From NCBI GenBank assembly GCA_031364845.1, contig JANLWX010000068.1, positions 1-26,794 on the forward strand: 26,794 nucleotides of DNA, written 5' to 3'. Position numbers and translations under genes: made by a program. The notes below the pieces were generated by a model. It was not told the origin of the DNA, ran no database searches, and saw only the letters and a list, made by a program, of their open reading frames with translations. The stretch comes from Candidatus Eiseniibacteriota bacterium. GTDB taxonomy: Bacteria; Eisenbacteria; RBG-16-71-46. Positions 18,094 through 25,515 of the stretch are shown in pieces (position 1 is the first letter of the stretch; each line of letters starts with the position of its first letter).

Positions 18094-18177
18094 CCGTCCT
18101 CCCCCAGGATTCGCGTGGCGTCCTTACACGAACTCGACTCGGCGACAAAGTCGACGGCGGTCACCGAATCGACCCGC

Positions 18178-18186
18178 ATGCTACCA
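18178..18186 (-). promoter_or_regulatory. Putative extended -10 promoter (TGGTAGCAT)
   Basis: TGnTAnnnT in the intergenic gap upstream of 18093. Confidence 0.3.
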
Positions 18187-18234
18187 CCACTGGGGTTGAA
18201 CCTGCCCTCGAGGGAGCGGGCACAAAGCCCTTGC

Positions 18235-18675
18235 TCACCGAGGCACTTTCGGCGTCGCCACCTTGTCGCGCCCGAACGGATCGCCTGCCGGCGTTTCGGT
18301 GTGCAGTGCGCAGACCCAGTCGCCATTGTGACGCACCCACACGCTCGCATCGTTCGCTTCGAGCGTCAGCGGCTTTCCGTCGACGATGAGGTGCTCGTTC
18401 ACCCTGTAGGCAATGATCGCGATGCCGTCGCCGATGAGCTTCACTTGGGCCTTGCCCTCGTCGAACGTGAACTCCTCCAGCTCCCAAGTTCCTTCGCCGG
18501 TCATCTTCTCCATGCTCTTGGGGTCGATCGTGGACACGCCCTGAGCGCCGACGACCACGCACGTCTCATCGGTCATCCGAGCGGCCTGTGCTCCGTCCTT
18601 CGATCGCATCGCTTCCCAGAAGCGCCTCTCGCGCGCCAGCAATTCCTGGGTGGTCGCCAGTGTCGTCGTTCCCAT
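18235..18675 (-). CDS. DUF4440 / NTF2-like (SnoaL-like) protein
   Basis: LLARERRFWEAM..KD...., AIIAYRV, DASVWVRHNGDWVCALHTET. RBS AAGGGAG. Confidence 0.88.
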   Translation of the reverse strand: MGTTTLATTQELLARERRFWEAMRSKDGAQAARMTDETCVVVGAQGVSTIDPKSMEKMTGEGTWELEEFTFDEGKAQVKLIGDGIAIIAYRVNEHLIVDGKPLTLEANDASVWVRHNGDWVCALHTETPAGDPFGRDKVATPKVPR

Positions 18676-18850
18676 GACCCACTCCCTTAGAACAAGTCCA
18701 TCCGCACGACCTCTTCAGCTCTCCCTGCTCAGACGCCGGGATTGGAGGATCGGTCCGAGTTCTTGATCGTTTCGAGCGATAGATCTCGGCGAATTGTGGA
18801 ACAGACGTGCACGGGATCTCGCCCCCCAGAGAGGGCGGACAAGTCGGCCC

Positions 18851-21454
18851 TCATCGCACGATCGCTCCACGCGCCGTGCGCATTTCATCCCCAACAAGCA
18901 GCCGCATGACGTACATGCCCGTACTCAATCGGCAACTCGTCGGCATTACCGCTCGATGGGCGCCCGGGCCAAACGCACCGACGTCCTGACGCCAGACCAT
19001 CCGACCGGCCAAATCGTACACCTCCAGAAGGGCCGGCCGATCGTCCGCCAGCGTGAATGCTATCGCGGGCGTTCGGGCGCTCGGATTTGGAGTGAAGCCC
19101 TCAAGGCGCACCCCCAGATCAAGTGGCACCATGATTGTGACCTCACCAACGACGCTCCCATGGTGGGTCCTCAGTGCATACGAATGCTCATGCCCAGGTT
19201 CGACCGTATCATCGTCGTAGAACAGACGACTTGCCCCATCCTGCACGGGCTTACCAATGAATAAGTACGGCCCTGTGCCCGATCTGCGGACGACCTCAAG
19301 ATCGCCAGCGCGAGTGTCAGAATGCCAGCTCAGCCGAACATGGCGCGGTAACGCCGCCCACTCCGCGACACTTGCAACGACCGAAGTGGGCTGCTCAGGC
19401 CAGGTCAGAAACCACATGTCTCCCAGGGGAAGTCCGCCGTACTGAGTCCCCCCAAAGATCACCATGCGATCTCGACGTGTGTCGTAAGACGCCGCATGCC
19501 CATAGCGAGCAGGGGGCGACGCCGCTCCGCTCCAAGACACCGGACTCAAATCAGCCTGGAGCTGCCACGGGGACTCGAACACGTCACCGTATGCTGAAGA
19601 CGCCAATCCGCCGAAGAAGAGGGTTCGTCGCCGATGAGGGTCATTGGCGACCGAATGGTAAGCTCGCTGAAAGGTCGAATTCGTGACACGCCATTCCAGC
19701 GAATCACCTAGCCGCAATTCCCAAGCGTCGTTAAGCGGAGTGTTGGGACTGAGTTCACCCAGCCCGCTAAACACGAGTAAACGATCGTGCTCCGGATCAT
19801 AAAATCCCGCATGTCCCATTCGATTCCGTGGCAGAGTTCCGGCCGGCGTCAGCTGTTGCCAGGACAATCCATTCGACAAAGAGAGAGCCCAGACATCATT
19901 CATGTAATGGCCTGCATTGTTCCCGCCCATGACAATCACACGATCTCGCTTGCTATCGTATGCAGCAACGAAGTTGTTTCGGCCCGTTGGAGTAGGTCCC
20001 GCCGCTTGCAGCAACGTCCAGGTGGGACTGCTACCGAGGCTCAGAGCCCACACATCCATGAGGTAGGCGCCCGCGTACCCGCCGATGAGCAGCATCCTTG
20101 ACCGCAAGGGATCGTGGATGCACTGATGCCCGAAGCGAGATTGTGGACGATTGCCGCTGAAATAGGTCGCCTCCCACTCTTGTTCCTCGCCCATGGCGAG
20201 TTGCCAAATCGTTCCAGGTGGGTCGGCGACTGCGCCGAACACGTCGCGCGCGCCACCGTAGAGGACGAATCGATCGGCTTCTGGGTCGTAGATCGCCGAT
20301 GCAGCGTAGCGCGGAACTGGAGCACCGACGTTACCCACCCAATGCGGCGGATCGGTCTGAACATCAAGTACTGGGGTATCGGACAGATTGCGATTGGCAG
20401 CTTCATCGCGTCCGCCATATGCCACCAGCCTCCTCCTCACCGGATCGAAGATTGCGGCCAGAGAGTGACGCAGCGATGGGGTCGTCCCTCCAGGTGATAC
20501 CGGGGTCCATGATGTGCCTTGATCGAGTTCGAGTCTCCACACGTCGGCCATGGATGTCGTCCCGTAGCCTCCGAAAGTCAGCATTGAACGGGTCGCTGAA
20601 TCGTAGACCGCTGCATGAAAGAAACGAGAAGGAGGAGACACACCGGAGGGCGTTACGGGTGCGAGCTGGGTCCAACCCGGATCATCCACCAGGGAGAGGC
20701 GCCAGACTTCACCATTCGCTGTTCCGTTCAGGTTGCCGCCATAGAGAATGGCGCTGTCTGTGACAGGGTCGTAGATCATCGAAGCACCATCACGCTGACT
20801 GGGCGCGGCCCCGACTACCTCGAGCAGTGTCCACGTTGGTGGCGAAGTGGACAGTTCGAGCTCCCACAAGTCGTTCATAAAACCACTCACTGGATTGTAT
20901 CCGCCAAATACGATAAGGCGATGGCGCACTGGATCGTAGCAGCCGCTCGGGGCGATACGGGCAACTGGTGGGGTCCCTTGAGTAACGACATTGCGATATT
21001 GAGGCACCGCGTTGAGAGGGATCATCACCGTTGCATTCGTCACAGTTCCATCGCTCCCGCCAAACAGCATCAGCGCATCCGCCGCGGGGACGTGAACTCC
21101 GAGCGCACCCGTGATCGTCGAGAACGGCGAACCGGTCACGGGAGTCGACGTCCATTGCCCGCTTGTCAGATCGAGCGAGAATCGTTTCTCGCGAGTCCCG
21201 AACGCGCCTCCGTAGACGACCATCATTCGGCGGGCAGGGTCGAGGATGGCCACGTGACCGTAGCGCCCCTGACTGAGATCGTTGTAAGGACCGTTGGATG
21301 CTAGTTGAGTCCATGTAGGCAGTGCGTCGGCAAGAGAGACTCGAGAGACGACTTGGCATGTCACAAGCAAACACAAGGCGACCGCTGTTGTGCGCAAAGA
21401 GGAATACAACTCGACATGAGCGATGCGCTCTCGAACCACTCCGGGCGGTTCCAT
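18851..21454 (-). CDS. Secreted Kelch-repeat (double beta-propeller) protein with a C-terminal CTD-like domain
   Basis: About 12 repeats of R..H...YDPxRxR...(F/Y)GG....NDxWxL; C-terminal PNPS...VYDLAGRMV...LSTGMYVMRL...AIVR. Start uncertain: ATG 21454 overlapping the upstream stop as TGATG, or TTG 21397 giving the cleaner signal peptide MRTTAVALCLLV. Confidence 0.88.
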   Translation of the reverse strand: MEPPGVVRERIAHVELYSSLRTTAVALCLLVTCQVVSRVSLADALPTWTQLASNGPYNDLSQGRYGHVAILDPARRMMVVYGGAFGTREKRFSLDLTSGQWTSTPVTGSPFSTITGALGVHVPAADALMLFGGSDGTVTNATVMIPLNAVPQYRNVVTQGTPPVARIAPSGCYDPVRHRLIVFGGYNPVSGFMNDLWELELSTSPPTWTLLEVVGAAPSQRDGASMIYDPVTDSAILYGGNLNGTANGEVWRLSLVDDPGWTQLAPVTPSGVSPPSRFFHAAVYDSATRSMLTFGGYGTTSMADVWRLELDQGTSWTPVSPGGTTPSLRHSLAAIFDPVRRRLVAYGGRDEAANRNLSDTPVLDVQTDPPHWVGNVGAPVPRYAASAIYDPEADRFVLYGGARDVFGAVADPPGTIWQLAMGEEQEWEATYFSGNRPQSRFGHQCIHDPLRSRMLLIGGYAGAYLMDVWALSLGSSPTWTLLQAAGPTPTGRNNFVAAYDSKRDRVIVMGGNNAGHYMNDVWALSLSNGLSWQQLTPAGTLPRNRMGHAGFYDPEHDRLLVFSGLGELSPNTPLNDAWELRLGDSLEWRVTNSTFQRAYHSVANDPHRRRTLFFGGLASSAYGDVFESPWQLQADLSPVSWSGAASPPARYGHAASYDTRRDRMVIFGGTQYGGLPLGDMWFLTWPEQPTSVVASVAEWAALPRHVRLSWHSDTRAGDLEVVRRSGTGPYLFIGKPVQDGASRLFYDDDTVEPGHEHSYALRTHHGSVVGEVTIMVPLDLGVRLEGFTPNPSARTPAIAFTLADDRPALLEVYDLAGRMVWRQDVGAFGPGAHRAVMPTSCRLSTGMYVMRLLVGDEMRTARGAIVR

Positions 21455-22101
21455 CAGCGCTCCCGCTCGAACACCACGTGCATCGCCGCTTCTGACGTCT
21501 TGTGACTCCGGACCCGATATCCGAGCGCGTGCAGATCGAGGCCCGACCACAGGTTCTCCCCCGAGCCGAGGACCACGGGTGAGATCGCGACGTGCATCTC
21601 ATCGACGAGCCCGCCGCGGAGGTATTGTCGAATCGTCTCCGCGCCGCCCCCGATCCGGATGTCCTTCCCCGCAGCGGCGTCGCGAGCGCGCTTCAGCGCC
21701 TCGTGGATCCCATCCGTCACGAAGTGGAAGGTCGTTCCGCCTGCCATCTCGAGTGTCTTGCGCGGGTGGTGCGTGAGCACGAAGACCGGCACATGATAAG
21801 GCGGCTCATCGCCCCACCAGCCCTTCCACTCGTCGTCCGGCCACGGGCCGCGGATCGGGCCGAACATGTTGCGCCCGAGGATCCACGCACCGAGATTTTC
21901 CGTGCCCCGGAGTGCGAACTCCGCGTCGACGCCGGTGCTCGCGCCTTCCTTGCCGAACATGGATTGGAAAACCTGCGTTGGCCGGAACCAGCCGTGGAGT
22001 TCCTCACCGCCCACGCCGAGCGGATTCTCAAGGTCCTGGCGCGGGCCCGCGCCATACCCGTCGACCGAGACGGTGAATGCATTCACGCGCAGCTTGCTCA
22101 T
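21454..22101 (-). CDS. Dihydrofolate reductase family protein (RibD C-terminal domain)
   Basis: TVSVDGYGAGP, ILGRNMFGP, WWGDEPPYHVPVFVLTH, IGGGAETIRQYLRGGLVDEMH..ISPVVLGSG. RBS GGAAGGAG before ATG 22101. Confidence 0.93.
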   Translation of the reverse strand: MSKLRVNAFTVSVDGYGAGPRQDLENPLGVGGEELHGWFRPTQVFQSMFGKEGASTGVDAEFALRGTENLGAWILGRNMFGPIRGPWPDDEWKGWWGDEPPYHVPVFVLTHHPRKTLEMAGGTTFHFVTDGIHEALKRARDAAAGKDIRIGGGAETIRQYLRGGLVDEMHVAISPVVLGSGENLWSGLDLHALGYRVRSHKTSEAAMHVVFERER

Positions 22102-22166
22102 GCGAATTCTCCTTCCACGATGTTTCCAACCGCGCACACGCTACGAAGTCGCGCGCATGAACGAGG

Positions 22167-22556
22167 CTACTGAGCCTTACCGCGCCGCACGCTCCACAAC
22201 CCCTGCGCCGAGAGAATGACCGAGAAGAACGCGACGACCCCGAGCGTCAACATCGTCCACACCCAGAAGTGGATTCCGTCAGAGCCCACGATCCGGCCGC
22301 CGACCATTCCCGCTCCGCGCATGTGCGCGAGCGGCATGACCGACCCCAGCAGCGAGCCGAGGAGCATGATCACGTATTTCAGGCGACCTTCGGAGAGTAC
22401 CAGCGTCCCGTACAGCCACACGACCATGATGAGAATCGCGCGGACATTCGTGAACCCGTCCGGATCGAACCCGCGAACGACATCGTCCGAGATGTGAACA
22501 ATCGCGAGTGCGATCGAGATCAACGAGGTGATGGTCAACGTGAGCTCGTGTTTCAT
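22167..22556 (-). CDS. Hypothetical 4-TM membrane protein
   Basis: Four hydrophobic segments with HISDDVVRG and PLAHM motifs. ATGA coupling to the Xre gene. Confidence 0.8.
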   Translation of the reverse strand: MKHELTLTITSLISIALAIVHISDDVVRGFDPDGFTNVRAILIMVVWLYGTLVLSEGRLKYVIMLLGSLLGSVMPLAHMRGAGMVGGRIVGSDGIHFWVWTMLTLGVVAFFSVILSAQGLWSVRRGKAQ

Positions 22557-22798
22557 CGGGCAGTCTCCCTATCCGTTTCGCGCTTGCCCGCTGGCTCCGG
22601 TTCGAACCGAAGAATGTCGCCGGGCTGACACGAGAGCGCCTCGCAGATCGCCTCGAGCGTCGAGAAGCGAATCGCGCGCGCCTTGCCGGTCTTCAGGATC
22701 GAGAGGTTGGCGAGCGCCATTCCGATCCGGTCCGCGAGGTCGGTCAGCGTCATCCGCCGATCGTGGAGCAGGTCGTCGAGCTTGACGGTGATCGCCAT
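22553..22798 (-). CDS. Xre/Cro-CI family HTH regulator (YozG-like)
   Basis: MAITVKLDDLLHDRRMTLTDLADRIGMALANLSILKTGKARAIRFSTLEAICEALSCQPGDIL. True start is ATG 22798, 2 bp after the DUF2975 stop. Confidence 0.93.
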   Translation of the reverse strand: MAITVKLDDLLHDRRMTLTDLADRIGMALANLSILKTGKARAIRFSTLEAICEALSCQPGDILRFEPEPAGKRETDRETAR

Positions 22799-22800
22799 GC

Positions 22801-23328
22801 TCACACCGTCCCTTCGAGCTCTTCGCGCATACGCGTGCCTTCCGCGAACACCCGGGCCAGCAGGAACGTGAGGAACACGGCGAGCCAGGCGGTGGAGGAA
22901 AAGCCGGCATCGAGATGGAGCGGATGCGATGGGATCGAAACGCGCTTGGCGAGGGCGTCGATGACAATGCTGAAGAGCTGCAGCATGAGCAGCACCCATG
23001 CGATCGCATTCAGGCGCGACGCGTTCGCGGCGACGAACGGGTCGCCCGCCCGCACGGTTTCGACCATCGCGAGCAGTCGTTTGAGGACGGCATGATTGAG
23101 CGGGACCGTGAACAGGCCGAGCACCGCGATTGCGCGCAGGCCCATGACCAGACGGTCCGCTGCGAGCGAGGGCGAGAGATCGAAGGACTTCATGATCCAC
23201 TCCTCGTTCGGCATGACGAACAGGAGAGCCAGGATCAGGGGGACCGTCAGCCAGTTGAGGACGATCAGGATCCGCAGGATGAGGTGGGCGATCGGCAGAG
23301 CGGCGGATGACGAGGCGGGTCGGGACAT
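22801..23328 (-). CDS. DUF2975 family membrane protein
   Basis: GDPFVAANASRL and LLARVFAEGTRMREELEGTV* signatures, four TMs, AAAGGAG RBS, and canonical position upstream of a YozG-like gene. Confidence 0.92.
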   Translation of the reverse strand: MSRPASSSAALPIAHLILRILIVLNWLTVPLILALLFVMPNEEWIMKSFDLSPSLAADRLVMGLRAIAVLGLFTVPLNHAVLKRLLAMVETVRAGDPFVAANASRLNAIAWVLLMLQLFSIVIDALAKRVSIPSHPLHLDAGFSSTAWLAVFLTFLLARVFAEGTRMREELEGTV

Positions 23329-23346
23329 GACTTTGCTCCTTTCGGG

Positions 23347-23407
23347 TTATTGATAATCAATAATCGCCTTATCGATTACCGTCAAGCACTATATCGGCAA
23401 TCGATAA
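23347..23407. promoter_or_regulatory. Three 17-bp palindromic operators (TTATCG-N5-CGATAA-like) overlapping the DUF2975 promoter
   Basis: TTATTGATAATCAATAA (23347-63, perfect palindrome), TTATCGATTACCGTCAA (23369-85) and ATATCGGCAATCGATAA (23391-407). A minus-strand -35 TTGACG lies at 23380-85. Confidence 0.75.
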
Positions 23408-23475
23408 CGACAGGAGCAGTTCTGCTCGAGACGACCGACGGTATCGGCCGTCCCGCAAGGATTTACAGCGACGTC

Positions 23476-23718
23476 CTAATAGCTGAGGTCAACCCCTGCC
23501 CGCAGGGTCCGCGGCGCCCCGGGCGTGATGTTGTTGTTGTTGTGCGCGGTCGAGTAGTAGCGGGTGTCGAACACGTTCTCGACGTTGAACTGCATCGCCA
23601 GCCGATCGTTCACGCGCGCGAACAGCGCCGCATCGGCCCGCGTGAACGCCGGCAGCGTGACGGCGTTGTCAATGGCCGCGAACACCTTGGCCTGCCGCAG
23701 AAATCCGAGCCCCACTCC
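23476..23718 (-). pseudogene. C-terminal fragment of a TonB-dependent siderophore receptor
   Basis: GVGLGFLRQAKVFAAIDNAVTLPAFTRADAALF...QFNVENVFDTRYY..AHNNNNITPGAPRTLRAGVDLSY*, a typical TBDR C-terminus. An in-frame TAG lies immediately upstream (23719-21). Confidence 0.88.
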
Positions 23719-23719
23719 C

Positions 23720-24134
23720 TAGCGCATTGAGCGTTGACGCTGCAGCGCCGGTGAAAACTTTGAAACTGCTCGATCGCCTTCGAGAGAGCGGGGCTGTCGG
23801 CGGAGAACCGTACGAGGTCGAGCAGGCGATCGGCGACTTCGTGGCTCACCACGTGTTCCCATCGACACGCCTCAGCCGAAGCCCGCTCGGGTGTGAGGCC
23901 GATCACCTCGGTCAGCAATGCCAGCACGATCGTGTAGCGCCCGCGCACGTCGGCAGCCACGCGGCGCCCCGTGGGCGTGAGCACCGGGAAGCGGGCGGCA
24001 TCGAACTTCACGAGACCGCACTCGGCGATTTGGCTCAAGGTGAGCGAGGCCGTGCCCTTGGTCACGCCCACGCGCGTCGCGATGCTGATCTGCGTGGTCG
24101 TTTCGAACGCGCTGCGCAGCTCACAAAGTGTCGC
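23720..24134 (-). pseudogene. DtxR/MntR-family metal-dependent repressor, truncated at both ends
   Basis: HTH IATRVGVTKGTASLTLSQI, LTPTGRRVA, and metal-site AEACRWEHVVS. It lacks a start codon and the N-terminal xxxEDYL helix, and runs into the TBDR fragment out of frame. Confidence 0.8.
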
Positions 24135-24618
24135 GCCGGATCTCCGCGGAGAAGATCCGCCACGAGCGCTGCTCCGGCGTGGCGCCGTCGACCATGCTCC
24201 GACGAAGCGTGTACGTGCCTTTGAATGCCTGACGAGCGTCACTGGTTGTGACGGCGCGGATCTTTACGGGGATCTCGACGTAATGCGATCCCGCCGCGCC
24301 TTCGGTTCGACCCGGGGGCGAGAGCACGACGTCGACCGTCTTGGTGTTGGCAAAGCCATCGCGGAACTCCGCGAGGCTCTTGCCGCTTGCGGCGCCGCTG
24401 TCGGCCCAGAACAGGTACGCGTCGTCGTAGCGGCGCTCATGAATGGCTCGGTAGTACTCGTGGAGGACGCTCGACGTCGTGTGTTGGAGCATTGCGAGTG
24501 TGTCGGGTTCCGGTGGTCCCATCCGGTCGCCGGCATCCTGGCATCCGCAGGCAAACGCGAGCACCGCAAGGGTCGACACCCAGAAGCCACGTACGACGCG
24601 CAAGTTCGCTCGCATCAT
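24121..24618 (-). CDS. Hypothetical lipoprotein (NTF2-like)
   Basis: GGGAGG RBS; signal peptide with AFAC/GC lipobox; YYRAIHERRYDDAY..W, F..GFANT, EGAAGSHYVEIPV, YTLRRS.VDGAT.EQRSWRI. Confidence 0.82.
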   Translation of the reverse strand: MMRANLRVVRGFWVSTLAVLAFACGCQDAGDRMGPPEPDTLAMLQHTTSSVLHEYYRAIHERRYDDAYLFWADSGAASGKSLAEFRDGFANTKTVDVVLSPPGRTEGAAGSHYVEIPVKIRAVTTSDARQAFKGTYTLRRSMVDGATPEQRSWRIFSAEIRRDTL

Positions 24619-24821
24619 CAGTACCTCCCTCGTTGAGACACGCGACCAGAATACGCCCATTCGTGCCTTCGTGGACGCTCTCGAGAACACTGAAGGCTTC
24701 GCGGGCTTGCACGATCACTACCGCCGCGCTCGGAACCCCCAATCTTGCGGTGGGAGTGTCCCTATGTGCGCCGGTGACCCGCCCGCTGTCCCCGAGCCCG
24801 CGCGTAGTCCACGATGGGCTC

Positions 24822-25502
24822 ATGAGAACTCTCCTCGCTGCCGTCCTGCTCGTTGCGATCGGATCGCCACTGGCTGCCCACGGTGACTCGCGGCCTCTCG
24901 ATCCCAACACACTCACGCTGGTCAACGCCCGCGCCGAATCCGTCGTCTACCGCGGTCAGCCCGCGATCCACCTTCAGTCGCGCATCGGTCACGAAGCCGA
25001 CGACGACTCGATGCTGGCCATCGTTCCCGGCAGCGCGTTCAGGGACGGCACGATCGAACTCGATGTCGCCGGCTCACCCATCCCCCAGGTGCCCAACGCG
25101 CGCGGCTTCATTGGCGTGGCGTTCCGCGTCCAGGCCCGGCCCGATTCGTTCGAGTGCTTCTACATCCGTCCCACCAACGCGCGGGCGGAGGATCAACTGC
25201 GGCGCAACCGCTCGGTCCAGTACACCTCGAGCCCCGCTTTCTCGTGGCAACGACTGCGCACGGAGTCGCCCGGTGTCTACGAGAGCTACGCCGACATGGA
25301 ACCGGGCGCGTGGGTCCATCTCAAAGTCGAGGTCTCAGGCACCAAGGCGCGCCTGTTCGTGAACGGCGCCACCCAGCCCACGCTGATCGTGAACGACCTC
25401 AAGCTCGGCGATACTCGTGGCGCGATCGCGCTGTGGTCCCATACGTACACCGACGGCTATTTCGCCAATCTGCGCGTGAAGGATGCGCCGCGCACTCGAT
25501 GA
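24822..25502 (+). CDS. Secreted ConA-like/DUF1080 (3-keto-disaccharide hydrolase-like) domain protein
   Basis: Signal peptide MRTLLAAVLLVAIGSPLAA; FRDGTIELDVAG, RGFIGVAFR, ECFYIRPTN, WVHLKVEV.G..ARLFVN, GAIALW....GYFANL. Confidence 0.82.
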   Translation: MRTLLAAVLLVAIGSPLAAHGDSRPLDPNTLTLVNARAESVVYRGQPAIHLQSRIGHEADDDSMLAIVPGSAFRDGTIELDVAGSPIPQVPNARGFIGVAFRVQARPDSFECFYIRPTNARAEDQLRRNRSVQYTSSPAFSWQRLRTESPGVYESYADMEPGAWVHLKVEVSGTKARLFVNGATQPTLIVNDLKLGDTRGAIALWSHTYTDGYFANLRVKDAPRTR

Positions 25503-25515
25503 TTCGCGTTCGGCT

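Noticed and set aside
3510..21413. Shared 11-mer AATACAACTCG upstream of the kinase and near the Kelch start
   Set aside because: An 11-bp match is expected by chance in 27 kb, and the spacing to the starts differs.
22553..23200. 215-aa version of the Xre ORF, and similar upstream extensions of other ORFs
   Set aside because: The extension overlaps DUF2975. The RBS and domain start support the shorter calls.
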